From: Bacteroidota bacterium
GTDB lineage: Bacteria; Bacteroidota; Ignavibacteria; UBA10030; UBA8401
DNA length: 64,000 nucleotides
Assembly: GCA_035500675.1 (NCBI GenBank)
Contig: DATJXA010000106.1
Coordinates: forward strand, 213-64,212
Direction of reading: 5' to 3'
Below the pieces are notes generated by a model. The model had not been told where the DNA came from. It did no database searches and worked only from the letters and a program-made list of their open reading frames with translations. The translations under genes and the position numbers were made by a program. This document shows, in pieces, positions 54,777-62,285 of the stretch. The first letter of the stretch is position 1, and every line of letters starts with the position of its first letter.

Positions 54777-54833
54777 AAACTCCCATATCATCAATTAAAT
54801 GTGCCAAAACAATGCGCTTTGGCCGGTAAAATT

Positions 54834-54859
54834 CCCCACTTTTACCCACTATGATGCAC
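54834..54859 (-). promoter_or_regulatory. MraZ operator: three direct repeats at 10-bp spacing
   Basis: The minus strand reads GTGCAtcatA-GTGGGtaaaA-GTGGGgaat. Two perfect AGTGGG boxes and one degenerate box sit 10 nt apart, immediately downstream of the putative -10 element. Confidence 0.6.
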
Positions 54860-54861
54860 GA

Positions 54862-54889
54862 AATTTATGGAATTAAGACTTAAAGTCAA
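54862..54889 (-). promoter_or_regulatory. sigma70-like promoter of the dcw cluster
   Basis: The minus strand has TTGACT (54889-54884), a 16-nt spacer and TAAATT (54867-54862), about 85 nt upstream of the mraZ ATG. Confidence 0.5.
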
Positions 54890-54961
54890 GTAAAAACTTA
54901 ATAAAAATGGGGGTTTTTGAAGGAGTGTGACGCAGGTTGATATGAGAAGAAATTAGGGAGA

Positions 54962-55573
54962 TTAACCCAAAATTCCCATCAAAAGGAGCTCATTTTTAAG
55001 CGTCGGGACGTTCTCAAAGAGTATGGAAGTAATTCCCGAGTCGCGTGAAGCGGTAATGTTCTCGGCAACATCGTCGATAAAGACTATGCGGGAGGGGTCT
55101 GTTCCTACATCTTGAATAATGTAATCGTAAATTCGGCTGTCGGGCTTCGCCATCCCCAACCGGTAAGAAAGATAATATGTGGAGAATCTCTTAATGATGG
55201 CCGTCGACGTATATGTTTTTTCAAAATGTGTGGGACTCGTATTGCTAAGGATCGCCGTTCGATAACGCTTCTGGGCCGCATCGACGATTGGAATCATGGG
55301 TGAATTTTCATCGACAATGATCGCGTTCCATGCGACAATGAGCTGCTCCCGTGTGTACCGACCGTGAAAAATTTCTGACAGTTTCTCAAAAAAAACGTTT
55401 GTCGAAAGTTTGCCGGTTTCGTACTGAAAGGCCAACTTCTCGGTTGCCGATTTTTCCTGCGGATCCGGATGTCGTGGATCTATCCCCAGCGATCTGGGGA
55501 ATGCGTCAAAATCGATATTGACGAGCACCCGTCCGAGATCGAAAATGATCATGGAAAATCGATTGTCGGCCAT
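54962..55573 (-). CDS. HAD-superfamily hydrolase
   Basis: Motif I is IIFDLGRVLV, with SNTS and IDDV motifs. ATG at 55573 lies one nucleotide past the mfd stop (55575-55577), so the genes are adjacent with no overlap. The ORF-track extension overlaps mfd. Confidence 0.8.
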   Translation of the reverse strand: MADNRFSMIIFDLGRVLVNIDFDAFPRSLGIDPRHPDPQEKSATEKLAFQYETGKLSTNVFFEKLSEIFHGRYTREQLIVAWNAIIVDENSPMIPIVDAAQKRYRTAILSNTSPTHFEKTYTSTAIIKRFSTYYLSYRLGMAKPDSRIYDYIIQDVGTDPSRIVFIDDVAENITASRDSGITSILFENVPTLKNELLLMGILG

Positions 55574-55574
55574 G

Positions 55575-58500
55575 TCAGAACTGTTCGAGTAATTGCTGCG
55601 CTTCGCGAGCCCGCTCTTCTCCTGTTTTGCCCGCAAGAGTTGTCTGGAGGAGAAGTCGTTTACCCTCTTGTTTCAACTGAACTTTATGCGAACTGATCTC
55701 CCCGATCTTCGTCATCACGGTTTGGAACTCGCCGCTTTCATAATATTCTTTTTCGGATTCCGGGGGGAAATGAATTCTCATTGTGTTCTTATTCAGCTCA
55801 ATCTTGCGAAAACCCTTTTGGGATGCGAGAAGCCGCAGACGGGCCAATAAAAACAGATGCTCAACTTCACTCATCGGCGGACCGAACCTGTCTGCCAGTT
55901 CCAGTTTTATTTCGCCGATGGCTTTCGTCGTTTCGGTCTTATACAAACGCCGGTAAATATCGAGTCGTTCGGCGTCATCTTCAATATAGAATTCGGGCAA
56001 ATACGCATCGATATCGGCCTCGATAATTGTGTCGGAGCGCGAGGCCGCGGCTTTTTTCTGTTCTGATGCGAACAGCGCAGAGAACTCCTGGTCTTTCAAT
56101 TCGCCCACCGCCTCCTCGAGAGTTTTCGTGTACATCTCGAACCCCATTTCCATGATAAAACCGCTCTGCTCGCCGCCAAGCATATTTCCGGCGCCGCGGA
56201 TCTCAAGGTCCCGCATCGCCAAATTAAAACCCGATCCGAGCTCGGTGAATTCTTCGATCGCCTGTAGTCTTCTGAGCGTTGTTTTAGGGAGAGACGAGAT
56301 GGGCGGCACGAGGAGATACGAGTATGCCTGAACATTTGACCGTCCGACACGACCGCGAAGTTGGTATAACTCGGCGAGTCCGAACCGGTCCGCGCGGTTG
56401 ACGATGATCGTATTGACGTTGGGAATATCTAAGCCGGACTCGATGATTTTCGTTGCGACGAGAACGTCGCATTTTTTTTCTAGAAACTCTAGCATTACTT
56501 TTTCAAGCTCGTGTCCTTTCAACTTTCCGTGCGCTACCCGAAATCTCGCTTCAGGAATATAGTCTTCCAGCGTCGCCGTGAAGTCGTCGATATTTTCTAC
56601 GCGATCGTTGACAATATAGATCTGTCCCCCTCGATGAAGTTCCTTCAATACAGCTTCTCTAATAATTTTCTTGTCATACTGAGCGATTTCCGTATAAATG
56701 GGAAGCCTGTTGCGCGGCGGCGTATTGATGATAGACAGGTCCCGAGCACCCATAAGCGAGAAATGGAGCGTGCGCGGAATCGGCGTCGCCGTGAGCGTTA
56801 GCGTATCGACGTTTGCCCGGAGCGCGCGCAGTTTTTCTTTCGCCGCTACTCCGAATCGTTGCTCTTCATCGATCACCAATAATCCGAGATTTTTGAATTT
56901 CACATCTTTCGAGAGAAGCCGATGAGTGCCGATGACGATGTCAATATTTCCCCGTTCTAATTCTTCAACAACCGCCTTTTGCTCCTTAGCGCTTTTAAAA
57001 CGAGAGAGGGAGGCGACCCGGACTGGGTATCTCCGTAGCCTGTCGGAAAAAGTTGCGAAGTGTTGCTGCGCCAGAATCGTTGTCGGCACGAGCACAGCCG
57101 CCTGTTTATTATCGAGTACGGCTTTAAATGCCGCCCGCACCGCTATTTCCGTCTTTCCGAACCCGACATCGCCGCAAATGAGCCTGTCCATTGGGCTTGG
57201 GCGCTCCATGTCTTTCTTCACCTCTGCTGTCGCGTTGGCCTGGTCGGGCGTGTCTTCGAACATGAACGACGCTTCCATTTCCTTTTGCCAGTGTGTGTCG
57301 GGCGGAAATGCTATTCCCTCTTCGCTCTTTCTTTTTGCGTAGAGCAGAATTAAATCACGGGCGATATCCTTTATTTTCTTTTTCGCCCGCGCTTTGAGTT
57401 TTTCCCACTCGCCGCTTCCGAGCTTGCTCAGCTTTGGCGTATGGCCTTCGGCGGAAGAATATTTTTGGATGCGGTTGACATAATCCAAATTGATAAAGAG
57501 AATTCCCTTTTCATCATACTCAAGCTTGACAGCCTCTTGTTCCGTCCCTCGGATGGATATTTTTTGCAGGCCCAGAAATTTCCCTATTCCATGGTCGATA
57601 TGTACGACAAAGTCGCCGCGCCGCAGTGCGAACAATTCCTTCGGCGAAATTCCTTTGAAGCGTCGGCGTTTCGAGAGTCCCCGACGTTTAATCCGTCCAA
57701 AAATTTCGTGCTCAGTGAACAACGCAATGTGCGCAGACGGATACACAAAACCGGAGTGAAGGGTTTCAGAGATGTATTCGAGAGACGGAAACGGCTCTCG
57801 ATCCGACGCTTCGCTTTCGACTTCCTCTGAGTCATTCTCCGGAATTTCTTCCATTCCGGGAAGGTGTTCGCGCTGATTCTGTGACTCTTCGATCAGTTCT
57901 TTAATTCTTTTGGATTCTTCGGGAGTGTCCGACATCACGACAACGTCGTATTCTTTCTTGGCCAGCTTTCTCACTTGGTCGATGAGTATCGTAACGCTCC
58001 CGTTGGTCGGGGGCTGCGGTGAGGAATGAAAATCAATCCCCGCGGTTTGCGACGATTTTTCGATTACTTCATGGACAAATGAAGGGAGGGCGTTCAGATG
58101 TTTTTCGATGTCCTCGAACCGGTACTCGATTGAGGCGCCTTCCGATTCAAGCTCACGAATTTCCTTTTCGAGCTGGTGAACATCTTCACACAGCAGCAGC
58201 GTCCTCTGCCCAAATAGCGATGTAAGCGGAACACGTCCTCCGGCATCGGGCACTGGTTGCCCATCCCGTGAAGAATTTTCCCCTGCGTTCTTTGAAATGT
58301 CGGGAACGATAGTGACGCCCTGAAGCTCGCGGATCGACCGCTGAGAGATCACATCGAACTCCCGGATCGATTCGATGGTATCGCCCCAAAACTCCAGGCG
58401 CACGGGGTTTTCACCGATGAAGGGAAAAATGTCGACAATGCCGCCTCGCACGGCGAAATCGCCGTACGATTCTACCAACGGCTTCCGCTCGAAACCTTGT

Positions 58501-58973
58501 TCTGCAAGCTTGGCGAGAAGCGCTTCGAAGCCTGTTTCAGCGTTGGCGGTAAGCTGGATCATCGTTTGAGTAAATCGCTCTTTGGAGGGAACGCCGAAAG
58601 CAAGCGCGGAGGCGTGTGTCACATAGACGCCGGGCAGCTGAGCGGACAACGCCTTCAGGGTTTCGACTTGACTGATCGCGGAGGTCATATCGAGCGGTTG
58701 TGCGACGTGGGACGACTCGACAATGAAAAGCCTGACGTCCGCTTCGCTGATCAACTGAGCGCAGTCGTCGCGCAGCTTCTCGGCGGTGTCTTTCTCCGGT
58801 ACTATGACGAGAATTTGTTCATGGTATTCTTCGTACAAGCAGGCCGCGACAAACGCCCATAGTGATCCGGCGAGGCCGCGAAGCGTCACCGGGCTCGATG
58901 GGGTCGCCTCGACAACGCTTAGCTGTTTGAATTGTGGGGATGTGAAAATTCTTTTTTTTATGTCAGAAAGCAA
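55575..58973 (-). CDS. mfd: transcription-repair coupling factor
   Basis: 1132 aa with helicase motifs CGDVGFGKTE and DEEQRFGV and a TRG-type C-terminal region. The start is TTG at 58973, preceded by AAGGAG at a 5-nt spacing. Confidence 0.95.
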   Translation of the reverse strand: MLSDIKKRIFTSPQFKQLSVVEATPSSPVTLRGLAGSLWAFVAACLYEEYHEQILVIVPEKDTAEKLRDDCAQLISEADVRLFIVESSHVAQPLDMTSAISQVETLKALSAQLPGVYVTHASALAFGVPSKERFTQTMIQLTANAETGFEALLAKLAEQGFERKPLVESYGDFAVRGGIVDIFPFIGENPVRLEFWGDTIESIREFDVISQRSIRELQGVTIVPDISKNAGENSSRDGQPVPDAGGRVPLTSLFGQRTLLLCEDVHQLEKEIRELESEGASIEYRFEDIEKHLNALPSFVHEVIEKSSQTAGIDFHSSPQPPTNGSVTILIDQVRKLAKKEYDVVVMSDTPEESKRIKELIEESQNQREHLPGMEEIPENDSEEVESEASDREPFPSLEYISETLHSGFVYPSAHIALFTEHEIFGRIKRRGLSKRRRFKGISPKELFALRRGDFVVHIDHGIGKFLGLQKISIRGTEQEAVKLEYDEKGILFINLDYVNRIQKYSSAEGHTPKLSKLGSGEWEKLKARAKKKIKDIARDLILLYAKRKSEEGIAFPPDTHWQKEMEASFMFEDTPDQANATAEVKKDMERPSPMDRLICGDVGFGKTEIAVRAAFKAVLDNKQAAVLVPTTILAQQHFATFSDRLRRYPVRVASLSRFKSAKEQKAVVEELERGNIDIVIGTHRLLSKDVKFKNLGLLVIDEEQRFGVAAKEKLRALRANVDTLTLTATPIPRTLHFSLMGARDLSIINTPPRNRLPIYTEIAQYDKKIIREAVLKELHRGGQIYIVNDRVENIDDFTATLEDYIPEARFRVAHGKLKGHELEKVMLEFLEKKCDVLVATKIIESGLDIPNVNTIIVNRADRFGLAELYQLRGRVGRSNVQAYSYLLVPPISSLPKTTLRRLQAIEEFTELGSGFNLAMRDLEIRGAGNMLGGEQSGFIMEMGFEMYTKTLEEAVGELKDQEFSALFASEQKKAAASRSDTIIEADIDAYLPEFYIEDDAERLDIYRRLYKTETTKAIGEIKLELADRFGPPMSEVEHLFLLARLRLLASQKGFRKIELNKNTMRIHFPPESEKEYYESGEFQTVMTKIGEISSHKVQLKQEGKRLLLQTTLAGKTGEERAREAQQLLEQF

Positions 58974-59001
58974 AATTTCTCCTTTATAAACGCAGAAACC
59001 C

Positions 59002-59123
59002 CCGCCGATAATCGCTGCGGCGATTTACCAGCAAGGTTGTAAGCGACCATGAACATCCCGGCGCGTCGTCCTGATGTCAGGACATTAAACCGGGTTGTCT
59101 CTTCAAAGCAATTCCATCGGCGG
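59002..59123. other. nested palindromic element (possible structured RNA or complex terminator)
   Basis: Outer 8-bp pairing CCGCCGAT (59002-59009) / ATCGGCGG (59116-59123). Inner hairpins are AATCGC-tgcg-GCGATT (59010-59025), CCCGG...CCGGG (59057-59061 / 59090-59094) and GTCCTG-atgt-CAGGAC (59068-59083). Confidence 0.4.
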
Positions 59124-59125
59124 CA

Positions 59126-60391
59126 TTACGTCTTCTGTTGCTTTTTCTTTGCGGCCGGGAAAAGAATATTGTTAAGGATCAGCCGGTAGCCCGGAGAATT
59201 CTTATGCAAGCTCAGATCTGTCGGCGGATCGCCCACGGCATGTTGATAGGCCTCGGGGTCGTGTCCGCCGTAAAATGTGAACGTCCCCCGCCCATAGTTT
59301 CCGTGGATGTATTTCACTTCTTCGGTCCCTTCGCGTTCCGCCAGGATCGTGACGCTCGGCTTGATAAGGCTTTTCTTAAACGCCGTCGTCTGCCCCATGA
59401 ACCCTTTGATAATATTGACGTGATCCTGCGTCAGCATCGTCGGCACCGGGTCGTATTTTGCGGAAAATTCGAAGAGCGTAAAGTAATCGGTGTTCGGATC
59501 CCTGATCGGAACGGGGTCGCTTGGGGGAATATCGATGTCGGAGTATTCGTACCGCATCGGGTTCATTTCCAGCGTGAAGTTCTGGAACGCAAACGTTTTC
59601 GAGAAATCGAGGCGCTTCTGCGCATCGGGGTCCGGAGGGTCGCCGTCGAACATAACGTCGCAGATGTCGGCATTCTCGGCTGCAAGCGCGATATCGAAAG
59701 TATCGGTGGCCGAGCACATCGCGAACATAAAGCCTCCTCCCGCTACGTACGCTTTGATCGCCCGCGCAACTGCTTTTTTTTCTTCGGAGACTTTTTTAAA
59801 CCCGAGCTCATGCGCTTTTCGCTCGTACGTGATCTGCTGCTCGATGTACCATGGCGCGTTGCGGTACGTCGCATAAAATTTTCCGTATTGTCCCGTGAAG
59901 TCTTCATGGTGAAGATGCAGCCAATCAAATTCTGAGAGCTTCCCCTGCAGTACTTCGTCGTCCCACACTCTGGTGTACGGGATCTCCGCATAGTCGAGGA
60001 CGAGCGTCACTGCGTCGTCCCACGGCTTAAAATCGGGGGGAATGTAAACGGCAATCTTCGGCGCTTTCTCGAGGCGGACAGCGTCCATGTTGTTGTTTTC
60101 GCTTTCGACCTCGGCGTAGATCTGCGCCGCCGCGGCGTCGCTGAGTTCTTCGAACGCAACCCCGCGGACGAGACATTCGGTCGCCGCCGAAATGCCGTTG
60201 AGCATGAACGACCCTCCCCGGTAATTCAGCAGCCAATCGATCTGGATTCCACGCTCAAGCGCCCAGTAGGCAATCCCGTACGCCTTAAGATGGTCCGTTT
60301 GTTTCAAATCCATCGGGATGAGAAGCTTTTGCTGCGCTTCGAGACGGAAGGAGGCAAGGAGGAGGAGAAATACACATCCGATCGTTTTCAT
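59126..60391 (-). CDS. secreted protein of unknown function
   Basis: 421 aa with signal peptide VFLLLLASFRLEAQQ. The internal segment AYVAGGGFMFAMCSATD loosely resembles a GATase1-type nucleophile elbow. No confident family call. Confidence 0.7.
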   Translation of the reverse strand: MKTIGCVFLLLLASFRLEAQQKLLIPMDLKQTDHLKAYGIAYWALERGIQIDWLLNYRGGSFMLNGISAATECLVRGVAFEELSDAAAAQIYAEVESENNNMDAVRLEKAPKIAVYIPPDFKPWDDAVTLVLDYAEIPYTRVWDDEVLQGKLSEFDWLHLHHEDFTGQYGKFYATYRNAPWYIEQQITYERKAHELGFKKVSEEKKAVARAIKAYVAGGGFMFAMCSATDTFDIALAAENADICDVMFDGDPPDPDAQKRLDFSKTFAFQNFTLEMNPMRYEYSDIDIPPSDPVPIRDPNTDYFTLFEFSAKYDPVPTMLTQDHVNIIKGFMGQTTAFKKSLIKPSVTILAEREGTEEVKYIHGNYGRGTFTFYGGHDPEAYQHAVGDPPTDLSLHKNSPGYRLILNNILFPAAKKKQQKT

Positions 60392-60421
60392 ACGTAAACC
60401 GGGCGCTCTTGAAAAATCACG

Positions 60422-62146
60422 CTAAGAAATCCGTTCTGCACCAAAATCTCTGTAGAGCGTTTCGACAACGGGATGTTCTTGTGATGATGGGGTTTGTGTC
60501 GAGCGGGGCTCGTCCGCTGCAGGTTTTTTTCTTTCCGGCGGAGGTTGTGTTGCCGGAGCGGCTGCCACCGGCGGCTTCAGCACCGGTTCGATGCGAAGTT
60601 TTGTTCCAAGCAATGCATTGACAGCCTCAGTCAAAAAAATTTGATTTCGCTTGAGCGACGAAAAATGAAAATCGTCGGGGCATGCGATGAGGAGAGTTCC
60701 ATCCTCAATATTTATTGGAGAGCTTTCACCCAACATCGTCCCTACTGAAATTTTTTTCTTCCGCACATCATCGACAAGCCGAGGCCATTCCTGGCGAATG
60801 TGCTCGAGCGATACTGTTATGGATGCGCCGGCATCCCGGCCATTCGGAACGGGTGGGGGCTCCGAGCTTTGAATAGCGGCTGAAAATCGAGGTAATTCAT
60901 GGCTTTTCCCTGCCGAAGCAGAGCCGGGCGCTTCCTTTGCTTCGTATGCGGTGGAAATCGATGCCGGCACGCTCCTCGCGGATGTTGTCGGCCCATTCCC
61001 TGAGCTAATTTTTTTTTTCAACTCTTCAAGGCGAAGAAGCAGGTCGTCGATCCTCTGAGACTGTTCCAACTTTGTCATCTGAATGATGCCCACCTCGAGC
61101 TTGAAACGCGGCTGCGAACTATAACGAATAGATGATTCCAGGTCTGTCGTCAGCTTGATGAGACGCAAAAGATCCTGCTCGCTGAACCGCGACGCATCGC
61201 CCGCGTAGCGCTTTCGGTAGACCTCCGAGACTTCGATCATCTGCACGGATTGTGTCGTTCGCGCGATAAGAAGATTCCGGAGATGTTCGGTGAGGCCCGA
61301 GAGAAAATCTTTAAGGTCGAAACCGTTGCGCACAATTTCATCGACGAGCCCAAGACCCGCTTGCGTGTCGTGCGCCGTGATGGTGTCGGTCACGCGGAAG
61401 AAGAATTCCTGGTCGACGACGTTCAACAACGTCGTGATCTGCTGCGCAGTGATCGTCTCTCCGCAATACGACACGACCTGATCGAAGATGCTTTGCGCAT
61501 CGCGCATCGATCCATCCCCCTTTTTAGCGACGATGAGGAGTGAATCGTCGTCGATCGCGATCGACTCTTCTTTGGCGATGAATCGCAGGCGGGAAATAAT
61601 ATCATCCACCGTGATCCGGCGGAAATCGTAGCGCTGGCATCGCGACAGGATCGTCGCAGGAACTTTATGAACCTCCGTCGTTGCAAAGATGAACAACACG
61701 TGCGGCGGGGGCTCTTCCAGCGTCTTGAGAAGCGCGTTGAACGCTTCTTTCGTCAGCATGTGCACTTCGTCGATGATGTAGACTTTATACTTGCCCCGCG
61801 CGGGAGCGTAACGGACCGATTCCCTCAAGTTGCGGATCTCGTCGACGCCACGGTTCGAAGCGCCGTCGATTTCGATGACGTCGAGGCTGCGTCCGTTCGT
61901 TATCTCTTCGCATACCTCGCACGCGTTACACGGGTTCGAGTCTTTTGGATGAAGGCAATTGACCGCTTTGGCAAGAATGCGGGCAGTCGTCGTTTTTCCG
62001 CATCCACGTCCGCCGCAAAAAATAAACGCATGCGCCAGCCGGTTTGTCGCCAACGCGTTCTTCAGCGTGTTGGTGACATGCCCTTGCCCGATGACGTCTT
62101 CGAACACCATCGGTCGCCATTTGCGTGCTGTGACTTGATACGGCAT
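60422..62146 (-). CDS. dnaX: DNA polymerase III subunits gamma/tau
   Basis: YQVTARKWRP, GGRGCGKTT, IIDEVHML and SRCQRYDF. ATG at 62146; the ORF-track start at 62155 is a TTG. Confidence 0.95.
   Translation of the reverse strand: MPYQVTARKWRPMVFEDVIGQGHVTNTLKNALATNRLAHAFIFCGGRGCGKTTTARILAKAVNCLHPKDSNPCNACEVCEEITNGRSLDVIEIDGASNRGVDEIRNLRESVRYAPARGKYKVYIIDEVHMLTKEAFNALLKTLEEPPPHVLFIFATTEVHKVPATILSRCQRYDFRRITVDDIISRLRFIAKEESIAIDDDSLLIVAKKGDGSMRDAQSIFDQVVSYCGETITAQQITTLLNVVDQEFFFRVTDTITAHDTQAGLGLVDEIVRNGFDLKDFLSGLTEHLRNLLIARTTQSVQMIEVSEVYRKRYAGDASRFSEQDLLRLIKLTTDLESSIRYSSQPRFKLEVGIIQMTKLEQSQRIDDLLLRLEELKKKISSGNGPTTSARSVPASISTAYEAKEAPGSASAGKSHELPRFSAAIQSSEPPPVPNGRDAGASITVSLEHIRQEWPRLVDDVRKKKISVGTMLGESSPINIEDGTLLIACPDDFHFSSLKRNQIFLTEAVNALLGTKLRIEPVLKPPVAAAPATQPPPERKKPAADEPRSTQTPSSQEHPVVETLYRDFGAERIS
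61009..61018 (-). other. A10 homopolymer (candidate frameshift / transcriptional-slippage site) inside dnaX
   Basis: The minus strand reads TTG AAA AAA AAA ATT AGC (codons ~379-384). The -1 frame reads AAT TAG, an immediate stop. Confidence 0.5.
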
Positions 62147-62153
62147 TGAGGGC

Positions 62154-62200
62154 AATTAAGAATTATGAATTAAGAATGATGAATGATGGAAATGTGGAAG
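62154..62200. repeat. AATTAAGAATGA / GATGAATG word cassette upstream of dnaX
   Basis: aattaagaattatgaattaagaatgatgaatgatggaaatgtggaag. Related to the 40.7 kb element, and in complement to the 43.9 kb octamers. Confidence 0.9.
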
Positions 62201-62204
62201 ATTT

Positions 62205-62285
62205 TTACGTTATAAGTTTTAGGTAATACGTAAAGCTTATAACTTATAACGTAAAACATGTATCGTAAAACTTATAACTTACGAC
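62205..62285. repeat. ACGT/TATAAG-word cassette abutting the lon stop codon
   Basis: ttacgttataagttttaggtaatacgtaaagcttataacttataacgtaaaacatgtatcgtaaaacttataacttacgac. It shares 13-nt (taacgtaaaacat) and 9-nt (gttataagt) exact matches with the 11.4 kb cassette. Confidence 0.95.

Noticed and set aside
59002-59123. Possible SRP (4.5S) RNA. ffs is often close to dnaX, and the minus strand contains GCCGGGAUGU, resembling the 3' part of E. coli 4.5S RNA. The plus strand contains UUUACCAG.
   Set aside because: The universally conserved domain IV elements are absent on both strands. These are the GNAR tetraloop and the flanking GGAAGCAGC / AGGUCAGG motifs. The two partial matches are also on opposite strands. 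The region is kept only as an unexplained structured element.
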